A DNA stretch of 63,746 nucleotides, counting the filler, from Octopus bimaculoides (lineage: Eukaryota): assembly GCF_001194135.2 (NCBI RefSeq). It is 5 parts of 4 records of this genome, joined end to end, with 100 filler letters (N's around TTAATTAATTAA, not from the genome) between each part and the next. Parts side by side here need not be neighbours in the genome. Positions count along the whole stretch, not along the records: positions 1 to 23,854 come from NC_069005.1; positions 23,955 to 44,355 come from NC_068981.1; 3 more parts are not named here. One strand, written 5' to 3'. The position numbers and the translations under genes were made by a program. The notes under the pieces are model-generated. The model searched no databases, was not told where the DNA came from, and saw only the letters and a program-made list of their open reading frames with translations. Positions 13,906 through 27,064 of this stretch are shown piece by piece (positions within the stretch are counted from its first letter, which is position 1; each line of letters begins with the position of its first letter).

Positions 13906-14075
13906 CTGATGATGATGATACAGTTCACAGGGAAAGGACGAGAGAAAAAGATAACATGGCTGGGTAGTCTGCAAGAGCTGAATCAGGGTGGCACGTTAAG
14001 GGTACAGGGTAGAGGTGAATCTCTGTAACAGGTGCTCCTCCTAACGATAATCAGATTTAGGAATTTGTTATTTAC

Positions 14076-14335
14076 CTGTCTGTTTTCTCTGTTAGATTTT
14101 CAGCCATAAGAGCATCAAGATCAATATTCAGTCCGACACCATAACCCCCTCCTGTGCCCTTCGGGGTGACAGCCAAAGACAATGGTGCAATTTCCTCCAC
14201 CTGGTACTTGGACAGTTGCTTGCTAAGTACAGATATAAGATCCGAAGATACGTCTGACTGTTCCGAGACCATGGTGCTGGAATTGGTTGGAGCTTCAATC
14301 ATTGGTTTGTTGCTGTCTTCATTGATGCAGCTCAC
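14076..14335 (-). CDS. MAPK7: MAPK7/ERK5 coding exon 8 (transactivation region)
   Basis: Acceptor ttctacag|GTG. Contains GGGYGVGLNIDLDALM (similar to ERK5 GYGVGFDLEEFL). Donor AG|GTAAAT. 260 nt, phase 0-2. Confidence 0.92.
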
Positions 14336-14977
14336 CTGTAGAAGAGAAAGAAGAGAAATGATGGGGGCACATTTAGGAGACGCAACTGAGTGATTTTGAG
14401 CGACTGGTCTGTGGAACTAATATTTTGTTGTGTGTGTGTGTGTGTGTGTGGTCATCAAAAAATGGTATGCTGGAATAAGCAGCATTGGTTTATATATATA
14501 TATATATATACACACACATACATATGTAAACATACATCCACATATATACACATACATAGACACACACAGATATATATATTGACATATATAAACATGTACA
14601 CACACATGTATACACCACAGGCAGACATCTTTACATACATACAGACATACAGACAGAGAGACAGATTGAAAGGAAGGAAGAAGGTAAATGATTAGGTAAT
14701 ATATAAAAAGAAGTGTGTATAATTATGAATGAATCACAATTATAATGGAGAGGGTTGCCAAAAACCCTTACATGTCTAGAAATAGCAGTCAAAACCACTA
14801 TAATGCCATTATAACCACCCATATTCTTTCTCTTCACAATAAAGTTGATTTATTCATAATAATAGACACTTCTTTTATGAAATTTTTTGATTACATGTTT
14901 GGTCATTGATATAGTCATAAATAAATAATTATTAATTGTTTATGATATATCCTTCGTAATGTATTTTTACATTCCTC

Positions 14978-15024
<47 letters not shown>

Positions 15025-15041
15025 TAAGTATATATACATAC

Positions 15042-16294
15042 TTCTATGGTTGGTACACATGGAAACTGGTTGCTATAGTGACTGGGTTGGAATCTTTCGG
15101 AATTTGGTAGAATATCATCGAAATTCCTGGTCCGTGATGTGTCAACAGCAGCAGGGGGTGGGGTTGACAATGTAGAATCTGAGGGTGGCAATGGGCCATT
15201 TGGATTCACTGATGCTTCGGGGATTTGAACACTCGTTTCATTGGACAGTGGAGCATCGAATGTAACGTCCTTCCATTTGGCCATTGCTAAGAAAGAGTTG
15301 GACCCGGTCGTCACCGTGGGGTCGGGCAATGAGATATCAGGGGAAACGAACTGGCTGGGAGACAGCGATGTGTTGTGAGTGGCAGAAGTGTTGTTTGTGA
15401 TAGATGATATTGAAGTGTAAGTGGGAGATATGGTGGAACTGATGCTGGACACACTCGATGTTCCAGAAAGTGACACAAGAGGCAACGTCGACGGTGGAGA
15501 ACTGACCATGTCTGTGACTGAACCGGCGCTGTTTGCCGGGCAATGAGGCGGAGAGATCAAAGTGAGGTTGGGTGTCGGCAGTGCAGCTTCCGATGGGAGG
15601 GTCTGCACAGCCAAGGGTGTTTGCTGATGATAAGGGACGGGGATAACGGTTGGTAATTGTTGACTACTCTGGAGGTTTAGAAGTCCAAGCAGCTGAAGGT
15701 TTTCAATGTTTAGGGTACCGAAATCCTGGGGTACTTCACCCGGTAAAGATGTTTCATTCTGCAGCTGTGAGTTGCGACAGATCAAGCTGTAGATGGGCCT
15801 GTTCACATTTTCCTGCTGTGGCTGCTTTGAACTGATGCCGTTTGATACTAACAGGTTATTTTTCACCTGTGCATTCGCTACGGCCGAAGATATGGCAGAC
15901 TGAACGGCCACAGATGGCGCCACTGCTGCTGCTGACACAGGGTGTGTTAAAGAATAATGGTTGAGGATCGACGGAGCAATCATGACAGTTGAATGTGTCA
16001 GTTGCTGCTGCTGTTGCTGTTCTGAAGGGTTCTGAAATCTTTGTAAAGGTTGCTGCTGTTGCTGTGGTTGTGCATGTTGCTGTTGTTGTTGTTGTGAATG
16101 TTGTTGTTGTTGTTGTTGCTGCTGTGAGTGATTTTCTTGTTCAGCATGCATCACAGACGAGATGGCACTGTTTCCAACAGAGGGGTTTTGCAGTGCTGTC
16201 TTTGGGGCTGCCTTCTGTGTTTGCATGTTTTTCCAGCGTTCCAAGAGTTCCTTGTCAGCATCTGACAGCAAGTCTTCAGCCTCCGCATCTTGAG
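15042..16294 (-). CDS. MAPK7: MAPK7/ERK5 coding exon 7 (polyQ and S/P/T-rich tail)
   Basis: Acceptor attcgcag|CT. Encodes LSDADKELLERW (similar to ERK5 LSDNDRSLLERW), then an open S/P/T/Q-rich frame. Donor GAA|GTATGT. 1253 nt, phase 1-0. Confidence 0.9.
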
Positions 16295-16878
16295 CTGCGA
16301 ATCAGATAAAAATAACAAATAAACAAAACAATAACACACACCATAAAAAAAAATCTATGATTAACATTAATGACTTGCTATTTAAGCAATGAGTACATGG
16401 ATGATTAATAGGTTGGTTGGGTGCTAATGAAGGAGCAAGCACTCCTGAAATATGGCATATGCGCCCATTAACCATTTTTCATCTTTGATCTCATTGTTTG
16501 TTTACATCTGGCATCTCAGATACGAAACGGTGTAACAAAATCAGTGCTGGTTATAATTTCTAAAGGAAATCTGCAGGGATAATCTTAACCCCCACTCTTC
16601 CTCACAATCCACAAACATGAAAAAACTGCCACCAACAGGTTTTTGTAAAGAGATTTGTTGTTGGTTAAAGATTTTCCAATGGACCAATCATCGATTCACT
16701 ATAGTTACAAGAGGGAGAGTGATAAGGGAGGTAACTATGTAACCTCAGAGTGACTGATACCACCAGGTATTTTAGTCCCCACAAACGACAGTTTATTAGT
16801 TTTTCTCGCTAATTTATGATTTTTGCTGGTGTACATCAGCAACAAATTCACACACACAAAAAACATCCTCTTTGTTAC

Positions 16879-17001
16879 CTTTTTTGTCTTTCATTCGTTT
16901 CAAAGCTCTTTCTTTCCTTTTCCGTCGTTTGTCTTCTCGTTCCCTCTGACGTTGGGCTGCAGTTACAGGACGAGGTCGATTGTCATCTTTCACTTCAACA
17001 T
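16879..17001 (-). CDS. MAPK7: MAPK7/ERK5 coding exon 6 (basic NLS-like region)
   Basis: Acceptor cccaatccag|AT. Encodes PVTAAQRQREREDKRRKRKERA, similar to ERK5 PVTAQERQREREEKRRRRQERA. Donor G|GTAAC. 123 nt, phase 1-1. Confidence 0.92.
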
Positions 17002-17492
17002 CTGGATTGGGAAAACAATATATTCGTATATATACAATTATATGCATAGATATTAGACAGACAGACAGAAACAGGTGTGCTGTTGCAAAGGAGATACATG
17101 GTTATCCAACCTGAGGGAAGTGCAGGTGAAGGAGAGAGAGAGAGAGAGTGGGAGACAGCAGAATAGAGATGGTGGTAAAGTGCTGGGCATACTCACAAGG
17201 TACAGGGATCAGAATATAAATGGGATGGTCGAGAAAAGGCAGAGAGAGATATAGATCGTGGCAAGTGCCAGGGCATACCCTTGGGGGTTCGAAGGTCATA
17301 ATATAAGTAGCAGGATATTGCCAAAGAAGCATGATTAAGGAGTGCAGAGGTGGGGAGGTGAGTGGTGAAAACCTGGGTATAAATACTTATAATATATTGA
17401 AAATAGATATAAATATTAAAAACATCAAAAATAGATGTTGTTTTCTTAGGAGATTTAGATATTTCAAAACAGGAAAGAAAGGATTTAGTTAC

Positions 17493-18222
17493 CATTCCGT
17501 TTCTTGAGGTTTGAGTTCCGAAGAGCTGCCTTAATCAACTCCCTTGTGTCGGTTGAGATTGTTTGGTGCTCTGGTTTGTCTACCACCGGTTCTTGTTTTT
17601 GTTCTTTCGAAGATGCTGCCAGCAGTTGATGGGATGTAGATTCCATTTTAGAATCGGAACTCTTTGCACTGAGCATTTCAATATCGTCCAAGTCATGGCT
17701 ATTAGGAATGGTCAGCAGGTTCTGTTCCACACGGTCAACGCCACCGTGGACATTCTGCTTCTGGTTAGTCACAGATTCCAGATTGCTAATGGAGGTATTA
17801 GTAGTAGTAGTAGTAGTATTACTAGCATGGTTATTATTGTTGCTGTTGTTGGCGGGGGTAGTGGTAGTGGTGGTGGCAGCAACACTAGTGTGTGAGGCGT
17901 TGTGTGAAGAATGGTCGGGCAGGAGATGCAAAGGTATTACATCTCGGTCAGGGTTTTGGTTTTGTCGATCCAAGGTAGAGGTCTTGACTCTCTCGCGTAA
18001 CTGCTTGACGAATGCTTGGAGGGCAGCGCCTTGCTCTGTTACTTCTACAGAGGAACCAAAGTTTGAGGGAACATTTGCAGTTTGGCTCTGAATCGTTTGC
18101 GGTTCGCTTGTCTTCGGTGCTGGCCGTAAAACAGGGTTGAAGCTCAATGTTGGATTCTCAGACGCATGATATTCAATAATTTCCTCGTAGATGGCCTTCC
18201 GGAACTGTTCTATCGACATATC
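17493..18222 (-). CDS. MAPK7: MAPK7/ERK5 coding exon 5
   Basis: Acceptor ttcttgcag|GAT. Long open frame with T/N-rich low complexity, ending TRELIKAALRNSNLKKRN (similar to ERK5 TKDLIKAALLKS). Donor G|GTAACT. 730 nt, phase 0-1. Confidence 0.9.
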
Positions 18223-18388
18223 CTGCAAGAATTAAACCAGAAATCATTTATTTCAGAAAAACTGAAGCATGTCTTTGACAATTCCAGAGCATAGTAAGTT
18301 TATTTTCTGTGTGACTTTTGGCCCACCCTGTGCATCCAAAGTTATTTTTTCTACTTTTGGTCTCTCATTTCTTCTTGCCCTAGATCCA

Positions 18389-18500
18389 CAGTTCAAATTC
18401 TGCTGAGGTTGGCTCAGCCTTTCCTCCTTTCGGGGTCAATAGAATAAGTAATAATCAAGTACTGGGGTTGATGTAATCAACTTACCCCTCCCATCAAAGA
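18389..18500 (+). mobile_element. Family B SINE fragment in MAPK7 intron 4
   Basis: agttcaaattctgctgaggttgg...ctttcggggtcaatag...actggggttgatgtaatcaac matches the family B core. Confidence 0.75.
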
Positions 18501-18738
18501 CATTAAAAATAAAAATCATCAAATTTATCCCAAACACAATTGCTTTTGTAAAACCCCAAAATTTTGTCCATCTTGCACATATTGGGTCCGGATGAATGGC
18601 TGACTTTGACTAATGGAAGCCCTAAAGTCGCTATACTGAGGGAAAAGATGGGATGAACATAGGTCTGCTCAATCAGGGTTGAGCTAGGACTAAACAACAA
18701 CAAAAAGACACCCACAGCAACAAAAACAAATAACTTAC

Positions 18739-18950
18739 CTGCTTCTCAAAATCAAAATTGAAGGCAGGAACGCAGATAGGTTCATCATCAGGATCATGGT
18801 AAATTGATAAATAAGGATGTCGTAAGGCCTGTTCGACTGTAAATCGGTCAGAAGGGACCAAAACCAGCAACTTGCTAAGAAGATCAAGGGCCTTGCGGCT
18901 AGCTTTGGGGTACAGAGTTGACCATGGAACTGGTTTCTTGTTTCCAAGTT
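18739..18950 (-). CDS. MAPK7: MAPK7/ERK5 coding exon 4 (end of kinase domain, CD docking motif)
   Basis: Acceptor ttcttcacag|AA. Encodes LGNKKPVPWSTLYP...ALRHPYLSIYHDPDDEPICVPAFNFDFEKQ; YHDPDDEP matches the ERK5 CD domain. Donor CAG|GTAAGT. 212 nt. Confidence 0.95.
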
Positions 18951-19217
18951 CTGTGAAGAATGACAAGAGAGACACATTAGAATGGTGTGTGTGTGTGTAT
19001 GTGTGTAACTGTGTATGTGTGTTTCTGTAACTTGGTGTGTGTGTATTTAGGAAATACTGTGTATGTGTGTGTTTATATAACTCTACATGCATGTGTGTGT
19101 GTATCTGTGTATAATGGTGTGTATATGTATTTCTCTAACTTGGTGTGTGTGTTTATGAAATAGTGTGTATGTGTATGTACGTGTGTGTCTATGTGTGCAA
19201 ATGTGGCTTGTATATGA

Positions 19218-19400
19218 AGTGCAGGTGTGCCTGTATGGTTAACGAGCTTGTTTCCTAACGATTTGGTTTTTGGCTCAGTCCCAATACGTGGCACCTTTGG
19301 CAAGTGTCTTCTGCTATAACCCTGAGCCAACCAAAGCCTCGTGAAAGGATTTGGAGACGGAAATTCGGTAATGTTAACATTAGTGACAGAAATTATATTG
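19218..19400 (+). mobile_element. Family D SINE head in MAPK7 intron 3
   Basis: ggctcagtcccaatacgtggcacctttggcaagtgtcttctgctataacc...gtgaaaggatttggagacggaaa matches the D head. Confidence 0.75.
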
Positions 19401-19585
19401 GTAATGATGTTAGTGATGGTGATGATGATGATGACGGTTATAGTAACAATGACGTCAGTGTTGCAATATTGAAGCTGGGGATGAAATAAAAAACACCACA
19501 CAAACACACACACACACACACATTTCCCAGACACAAACACACAAAAAAGATTAAATCGAAACGAGAAAAGTAATGTCCAACTAAC

Positions 19586-19693
19586 GTATAAGGAATTTCT
19601 TGATCAAATCTGATTGGCAGGCTGAGAGGAACTTCTCCGATGGTGAACCGAGGATTTCAATGATTAACTGAGCTTGTTTGATGTAATCCTTTC
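19586..19693 (-). CDS. MAPK7: MAPK7/ERK5 coding exon 3 (absent from the ORF track)
   Basis: Acceptor gttgcag|GA. Translates (G)KDYIKQAQLIIEILGSPSEKFLSACQSDLIKKFLI, which aligns to MAPK subdomain X. Donor C|GTTAGT. 108 nt, phase 1-1. Confidence 0.93.
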
Positions 19694-20493
19694 CTGCAAC
19701 GCAAGAGGATACAAAAGAGAATTTTAGAGCACGAAAGCGAGTAGAACAACAACAACAATTGCAATGGTTAGAAAGCTTGCTGGAATGTTTTTGCAGTTAG
19801 CAACAGCTCCCGGTCTGATTAGGTCTAATGGTCTCGAACATTCTGACACATACACATTGAAATGTGTGTGTGTGTTACACAGGCTTATCTATCTATCTAT
19901 CTATCTATCCAATTGTAAATACTAATGATGGCAAAGCAAGTCTGGAATGAGAGCCGTCAAATACTTCTTCCCCTTTCATTGCGTTGCATTAAAGCATGAC
20001 CTGGAATCTCGCTCACAGCGACATTCTCTCCAGAATTAGAGAAAGGTCGATCGAAGAATTAACAATCTGTTCTCATAGGGTAACTGATACGTTAATGGAA
20101 CTGTTCAAAGACAAATTGGTGTACAATACCCCATGAGAGAAAGAAGACGGTGGCGGGGACAAAAAAAAAAAAAAAACGCCCCAAACTGCCAAGTTTCTTA
20201 CCGCTACCGTGACGATATACACAGTTATCTCCCGTGCTCACTATAGTTGCAAGGAGTTGTCTCCCTTCCACTAATCTAGCAATTTAAAGAATCTCCTTTC
20301 ATTCCTTTGCGGCGTTATTTGTTCGAATGGAAAATATTACCGGTTTTAGAGGTGAAAGGGCCCGGTTTAAAAACGGTTCTATAAAGGCTGCATTGACTGG
20401 AGGGGCAATTTATTTTCAAGCTTTCACCAACCGTAATTATAATATGGATCCCCGTTGAGAACCACTGCTTTAAACGGACGTTTAAGTTGATCA

Positions 20494-21226
<733 letters not shown>

Positions 21227-21262
21227 AATGCAACATTCTAACTGCTTGACCGTGCACCTTCA

Positions 21263-21994
<732 letters not shown>

Positions 21995-22671
21995 TTAATC
22001 ATTAATTTATCAAACTAGGTGTGTCCAAAGAATACATTAATCTATTTATCTGCACCAGACTTCTGTAACTGTTTTGGCTGGATTTTTACAGCTGGATGCC
22101 CTTCCTAACATGGACACACACACACATATATATATACACACACACACATATATATATATATATGTACATACATATATATACCCATACACACACGCGCAAA
22201 CATACGCACGCTTGCACAGATATACACTCACATAGTGCAACACACAGCTGTTCTCAACAGTCCAGAATACATGCTAAAAATACCTGTGCCTATATGTTGT
22301 CTTGCTCCTTCTCTCTCCCCACTCCCCACGCCACCTCCCGACCCAGACACACTCATATGAATATCATTCTCTCTTAACACAGACACCATTCAGAAAATCT
22401 TGAATAGACGTCTACCTCTATACACGATCTACCACCATTTTCTAAAATTTTTATAAAGGTCTCTTTCTATATGTAAATGTGCAGACACAATAATAAACTT
22501 CCCCTCTCTCTCTCCCCACACACACACAAATCCACAGACACCTTTCAAAAAGACTTATACAGAGGTAGGGTGTACTTGTGTCTACATAAGAATGCTAGTG
22601 GCCAGATAGAAATGCTACTTACTTATCAGATGAGAATGCTAACAGTTAGAAGGGAATGTTTAGGACCAGAT

Positions 22672-22940
22672 AGGAAAGCTATTGGCCAGACAGGAAAGCT
22701 ATTGGTCAAACAGGAAGCTATTGGCCAGACAGGAAAGCTATTGGTCAAACAGGAAAGCTATTGGCCACACAGGAAAGCTATTGGTCAAACAGGAAAGCTA
22801 TTGGCCAGACAGGAAAGCTATTGGTCAAACAGGAAAGCTATTGACCAGACAGGAAAGCTATTGGCCAGACAGGAAAGCTATTGGTCAAACAGGAAAGCTA
22901 TTGGTCAAACAGGAAAGCTATTGGCCAGACAGGAATGCTA
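22672..22940. repeat. 20-bp minisatellite AGGAAAGCTATTGGYCARAC, 13 copies, upstream of MAPK7 coding exon 1
   Basis: Counted directly. GCCAGAC and GTCAAAC variants mostly alternate, giving a 40-bp higher-order unit. Confidence 0.95.
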
Positions 22941-23602
22941 CCTATGGTCAGAACGTTTAGCATTCCCATCTGGGAATGTTACTTTCAGTAGAATAGAACA
23001 GAATAAAACAAACAGGCATCATAGCAAGGCGAGATTTATATGAAGGTTTTGATTTCCCATATTCAGTTCTGTGAAACCAGAGTTAAGTAAACGTAAGCGG
23101 CTGTAATTAAAAGCTCCTTGGAGTTTCAGAAGAATTTTAATACACTACAGCTCAGGAAAAAAACAAAAGCAAAAAACAAAACAAACAATAACAAAGTATG
23201 AAACAGATTCAGAACAGATGGTTAACTGGTTGACATGAGGAGGAGAAAAATTCTCCACGAGATATTACGATAACATGCTCTATACATAACATAAATAGAG
23301 TTGGGTGTTTCTGATATACCACTTGACTTTATGGGTTGTTGTTGTTGTTGTTGTTGTTGTTGTTATTGTTATTGTTGTTGGTACAGGATATTGCTCTCAT
23401 TTTTACTGCAGATTTTACTCTGTGTGTGAGTGTGCGTGCGTGTGTGTCTGTCTGGCTGTATACTGGGCGATTGGTTCCTTCCTGCTTAATTTTTAATTAC
23501 TTTCTGTAGCAACGGTGTGTGTGTCTTTGTGTGCATATAAATAAACAAATATAGAAATATGTGTGTATACACACTCATGTATATATGTATGCGTGTATAT
23601 AA

Positions 23603-23637
<35 letters not shown>

Positions 23638-23639
23638 AA

Positions 23640-23800
23640 AAAGACAAAAAACAACAACGTGAGGACGTGATACAGATTGTGTTACTAGACGCTCGGGAAA
23701 GGAAAGAGAGAGAGTATGACGTTTCGAGCGGAGCTCTTCGTCGGAAACAAGGAAAGTCCAAAGAAGGGAAAAACGGAGGAAGAAAAAATCGCCACCGATG
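23640..23800 (-). mobile_element. Penelope-type terminal repeat copy with a mutated hammerhead-like core
   Basis: Homologous to 31890-32060. Minus strand reads CCGACGA-a-GAGCtccGCTC-GAAAC-GTC. Confidence 0.55.
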
Positions 23801-23898
23801 TCCACGAGGTTACATTACGTATATGTGTGTGTCTCTGTATCCGTGTTTGTCCCCNNNNNNNNNNNNNNNNNNNNNNNNNNNNNNNNNNNNNNNNNNNN

Positions 23899-23910
23899 TT
23901 AATTAATTAA
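23899..23910. other. Artificial spacer TTAATTAATTAA inside an N-gap
   Basis: The same 12-mer, with stops in all six frames, is centred in about 100-nt N-runs at 23899, 44400, 53908 and 62196. Confidence 0.9.
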
Positions 23911-23954
23911 NNNNNNNNNNNNNNNNNNNNNNNNNNNNNNNNNNNNNNNNNNNN

Positions 23955-23991
<37 letters not shown>

Positions 23992-24138
23992 TCTCATAAT
24001 CACCTACCAACATTAACATTAATCCGATCATCCATCCATCCAACTATCCATTCATCCATTCATGAATATATTCCTACGTACCTACGTACCTACCTACATA
24101 CATACAAACATACATACATGCATGCATGCATGTGTGCG

Positions 24139-24205
<67 letters not shown>

Positions 24206-24674
24206 CATTTTCATCATCGCATGTTGTCCTCCGACCAGAGATTAATATTTACCTATAAATAACGTTGATAACCATACTATCAAACGGCTATGCCTCTCAC
24301 ACAGGCTTTTTCGCTAATGTACGCAGTTCCTGCTAAGTGTGTCAACGTTCATTCTTCTCAAGTTACTTTTAACTTCTTTCTTGTGCCTCAGTTTGGCGTC
24401 TTCTTTGATATTTCCTGCCAGTGGGCAACTGACAATGATGTATCTGTCTTGGTAACCAAATTTCCTATTCCATTCTTTGGACAGACTCATGTTGATTTGA
24501 TTTTTGTTTCCTAGACATAACCTACAAAGTAGGTAGCTAGGTTTGTGATAAATGATTATTCACTTGACTTTGTTTTTCGAAATGATGTTCATGATTAGTC
24601 TAAAATGCATGCATTTTCATCGATCCAAAAAAGGACATATACGCAAGCAAGCACACTCTCTCATATTCTTTTAC

Positions 24675-24842
24675 TCTTTTACTTTTTTCAGTCATACTGA
24701 AGCACCGCCTTTAGTCGAACAAACTGACTCCAGGACTTATTCTTTGTAAGCCTAGTACGTATGCTAACATCTCTTTTGCGGAGTTGTTAAATTACTGCGG
24801 AAGTAAACACACCAACATCGGTTGTCAAACACAAGCATACAA

Positions 24843-24876
<34 letters not shown>

Positions 24877-25065
24877 ACACACACAGACACACAGACAAAC
24901 GCATACACACGCATATACGACGGGCTTCTTTCAGTTTCCGCCTACTTTCAGTGTAGATTTATCTACACTGAAATGTTCGGCCGTGCCGAGGCTATAGTAA
25001 AAGACGTCCAAGGTGGGACTGATCCCGGAACCATGCGGTTGGAAAGGAAGCTTCTTACCGCGTGT
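24675..25065 (-). mobile_element. Near full-length composite SINE D/E (tRNA-like head, internal (CA)n, conserved tail)
   Basis: Tail 24675-24835, microsatellite 24836-24915, head 24916-25065. Same layout at 57555-57950 and 56180-56590. Confidence 0.8.
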
Positions 25066-25178
25066 ACACACACACACACACATATATATGTATATTTATA
25101 TATATTGACATACATATATATATATATACATATACATTTACATATACTTAAAATACATATATATACATACATACATAT

Positions 25179-25221
<43 letters not shown>

Positions 25222-25559
25222 CATATACATACATATATTTATATATATATATGTATANNNNNNNNNNNNNNNNNNNNNNNNNNNNNNNNNNNNNNNNNNN
25301 NNNNNNNNNNNNNNNNNNNNNNNNNNNNNNNNNNNNNNNNNNNNNNNNNNNNNNNNNNNNNNNNNNNNNNNNNNNNNNNNNNNNNNNNNNNNNNNNNNNN
25401 NNNNNNNNNNNNNNNNNNNNNNNNNNNNNNNNNNNNNNNNNNNNNNNNNNNNNNNNNNNNNNNNNNNNNNNNNNNNNNNNNNNNNNNNNNNNNNNNNNNN
25501 NNNNNNNNNNNNNNNNNNNNNNNNNNNNNNNNNNNNNNNNNNNNNNNNNNNNNNNACAC

Positions 25560-25594
<35 letters not shown>

Positions 25595-25985
25595 CACACA
25601 CACACAAATGCGCGCGCTCGAATACATATATACACAAACACACACACACAGGTACATATACATGAACGTAGAAATTGTAAGAAAATGACACGATTCAATG
25701 AAAATACATAAAATAAAATAAAATACATAACCGCGGGATCCTTTCGTGCACTGTCGGTCCAGTGGTCATTTTAGTTTCGACACCATTGTACAACATCACT
25801 TGATCCAGATGTATCAACAATTCCCAAAAGATGTCCATATACATTCATACTTAACCACATATTATTCAAATGAAATGCGGGGTAAGTAATCATTCGAAAT
25901 TTCGATAGCAAGGTAACTTCGATGTCTGTCATCCTACTTTTTGTAAACAGGTATTTTCAACGGTTGCACAAGAACATATATTATT

Positions 25986-26240
25986 CCGAGTTCAAATTCC
26001 ACCGAGGTTGACTTTGCTTTCTATCCTTTCGGGGTTGATAAATTAAGTGCCAATTGAATACTGGGGTCGATGTAATCGACTATCCCCCTCCCCAAAATTT
26101 CAGGTCTTGTGTCTATAGTAGAAAGGATTGTTGTTATTATAATTATAATAATAATAATAATAATAATCATCATCATCATCATCATCATAATTATTATTAT
26201 TATTATCATTATTATTATTAATATTATTATTATTATTGAA
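25986..26240 (+). mobile_element. Family B SINE (from the B box) with an (ATT/AAT/CAT)n tail
   Basis: gagttcaaattccaccgaggttgactttgctttctatcctttcgggg...gtcttgtgtctatagtagaaagg followed by a trinucleotide tail. Confidence 0.8.
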
Positions 26241-26244
26241 TGAG

Positions 26245-26810
26245 AGAGCAGTGCATGCCATTAAAATGATACTGGGGTACAATATACGAAGCCTATTATA
26301 CCCATCATGACTACCTGTCTGATAAGGGTACACCAGGCACATGCATCACAACCATATATGCGCAACATGCTGATCTCATATCAATATGCACGACCTTTCA
26401 GGTGGGACCCAGTTAGAATTTTTTTCAGGTCGAGTAGCCCATCCTGTCCATCCTGCTCAAAAGGTCCCTGAATAAAGTTTGTTTTAAAGATGTTGAGTAA
26501 AACACCCATGTTTCCAAAGGTGAATTATTCAAAACCCCAAAGAATTCCTCTCAACACATGTCTATGATGCTCCCCAACTACTTCTGCTCATGATCATAGA
26601 TGCACGTATCGTCAGCCACCAAGGGATATGCTCAACTGGTTAAGGCGAAACAACTGACAAGCAAATCTCTGGTATTAAGCAGAATATATTCTGTAGCCCA
26701 TCTTTTTATACCAAGACAAAACAATGGACATGATAACACTTGCAATCAATTAAGATCAGAAGCCATGAGAGCCACTGCCTGGTACTGCATCAGGGCAGTA
26801 GCATTCCCGA
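26245..26810 (-). mobile_element. Probable non-autonomous retroelement ending in an (AAT)n tail
   Basis: More GC-balanced block abutting a trinucleotide tail. Only one copy in the window, so the assignment rests on recognition alone. Confidence 0.35.
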
Positions 26811-26839
26811 CAAAATACTTAACAGCATCTTCTACATCT

Positions 26840-26993
26840 ATATGTTCTGAGTTCTCATGCCATTGACGTCAACTTTGCCTTTACTCCTTTCGGGGTCGAT
26901 GAAGTACCTCTTGAGCCCAGGGGTCGATGGAATCGACTAACCCGTTCCCCCAAATCTCCAGTCCTTCTGCTTATAACAGCATCTATTGTTCCT

Positions 26994-27063
<70 letters not shown>
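26840..27063 (+). mobile_element. Diverged family B SINE with an (ACT)n tail
   Basis: ttctgagttc...gtcaactttgcc...ctttcggggtcgat...ggggtcgatggaatcgactaa, then (ACT)n at about 26992-27063. Confidence 0.7.

Positions 27064-27064
<1 letters not shown>

Noticed and set aside
22672-22940. CRISPR-like appearance of regular repeats
   Set aside because: No unique spacers and no cas genes; eukaryotic minisatellite.
22477-23043. 188-aa repetitive ORF (RKAIGQTGKLL...)
   Set aside because: Produced by the 20-bp minisatellite; the unit length is not a multiple of 3 and a 19-bp unit shifts frames.
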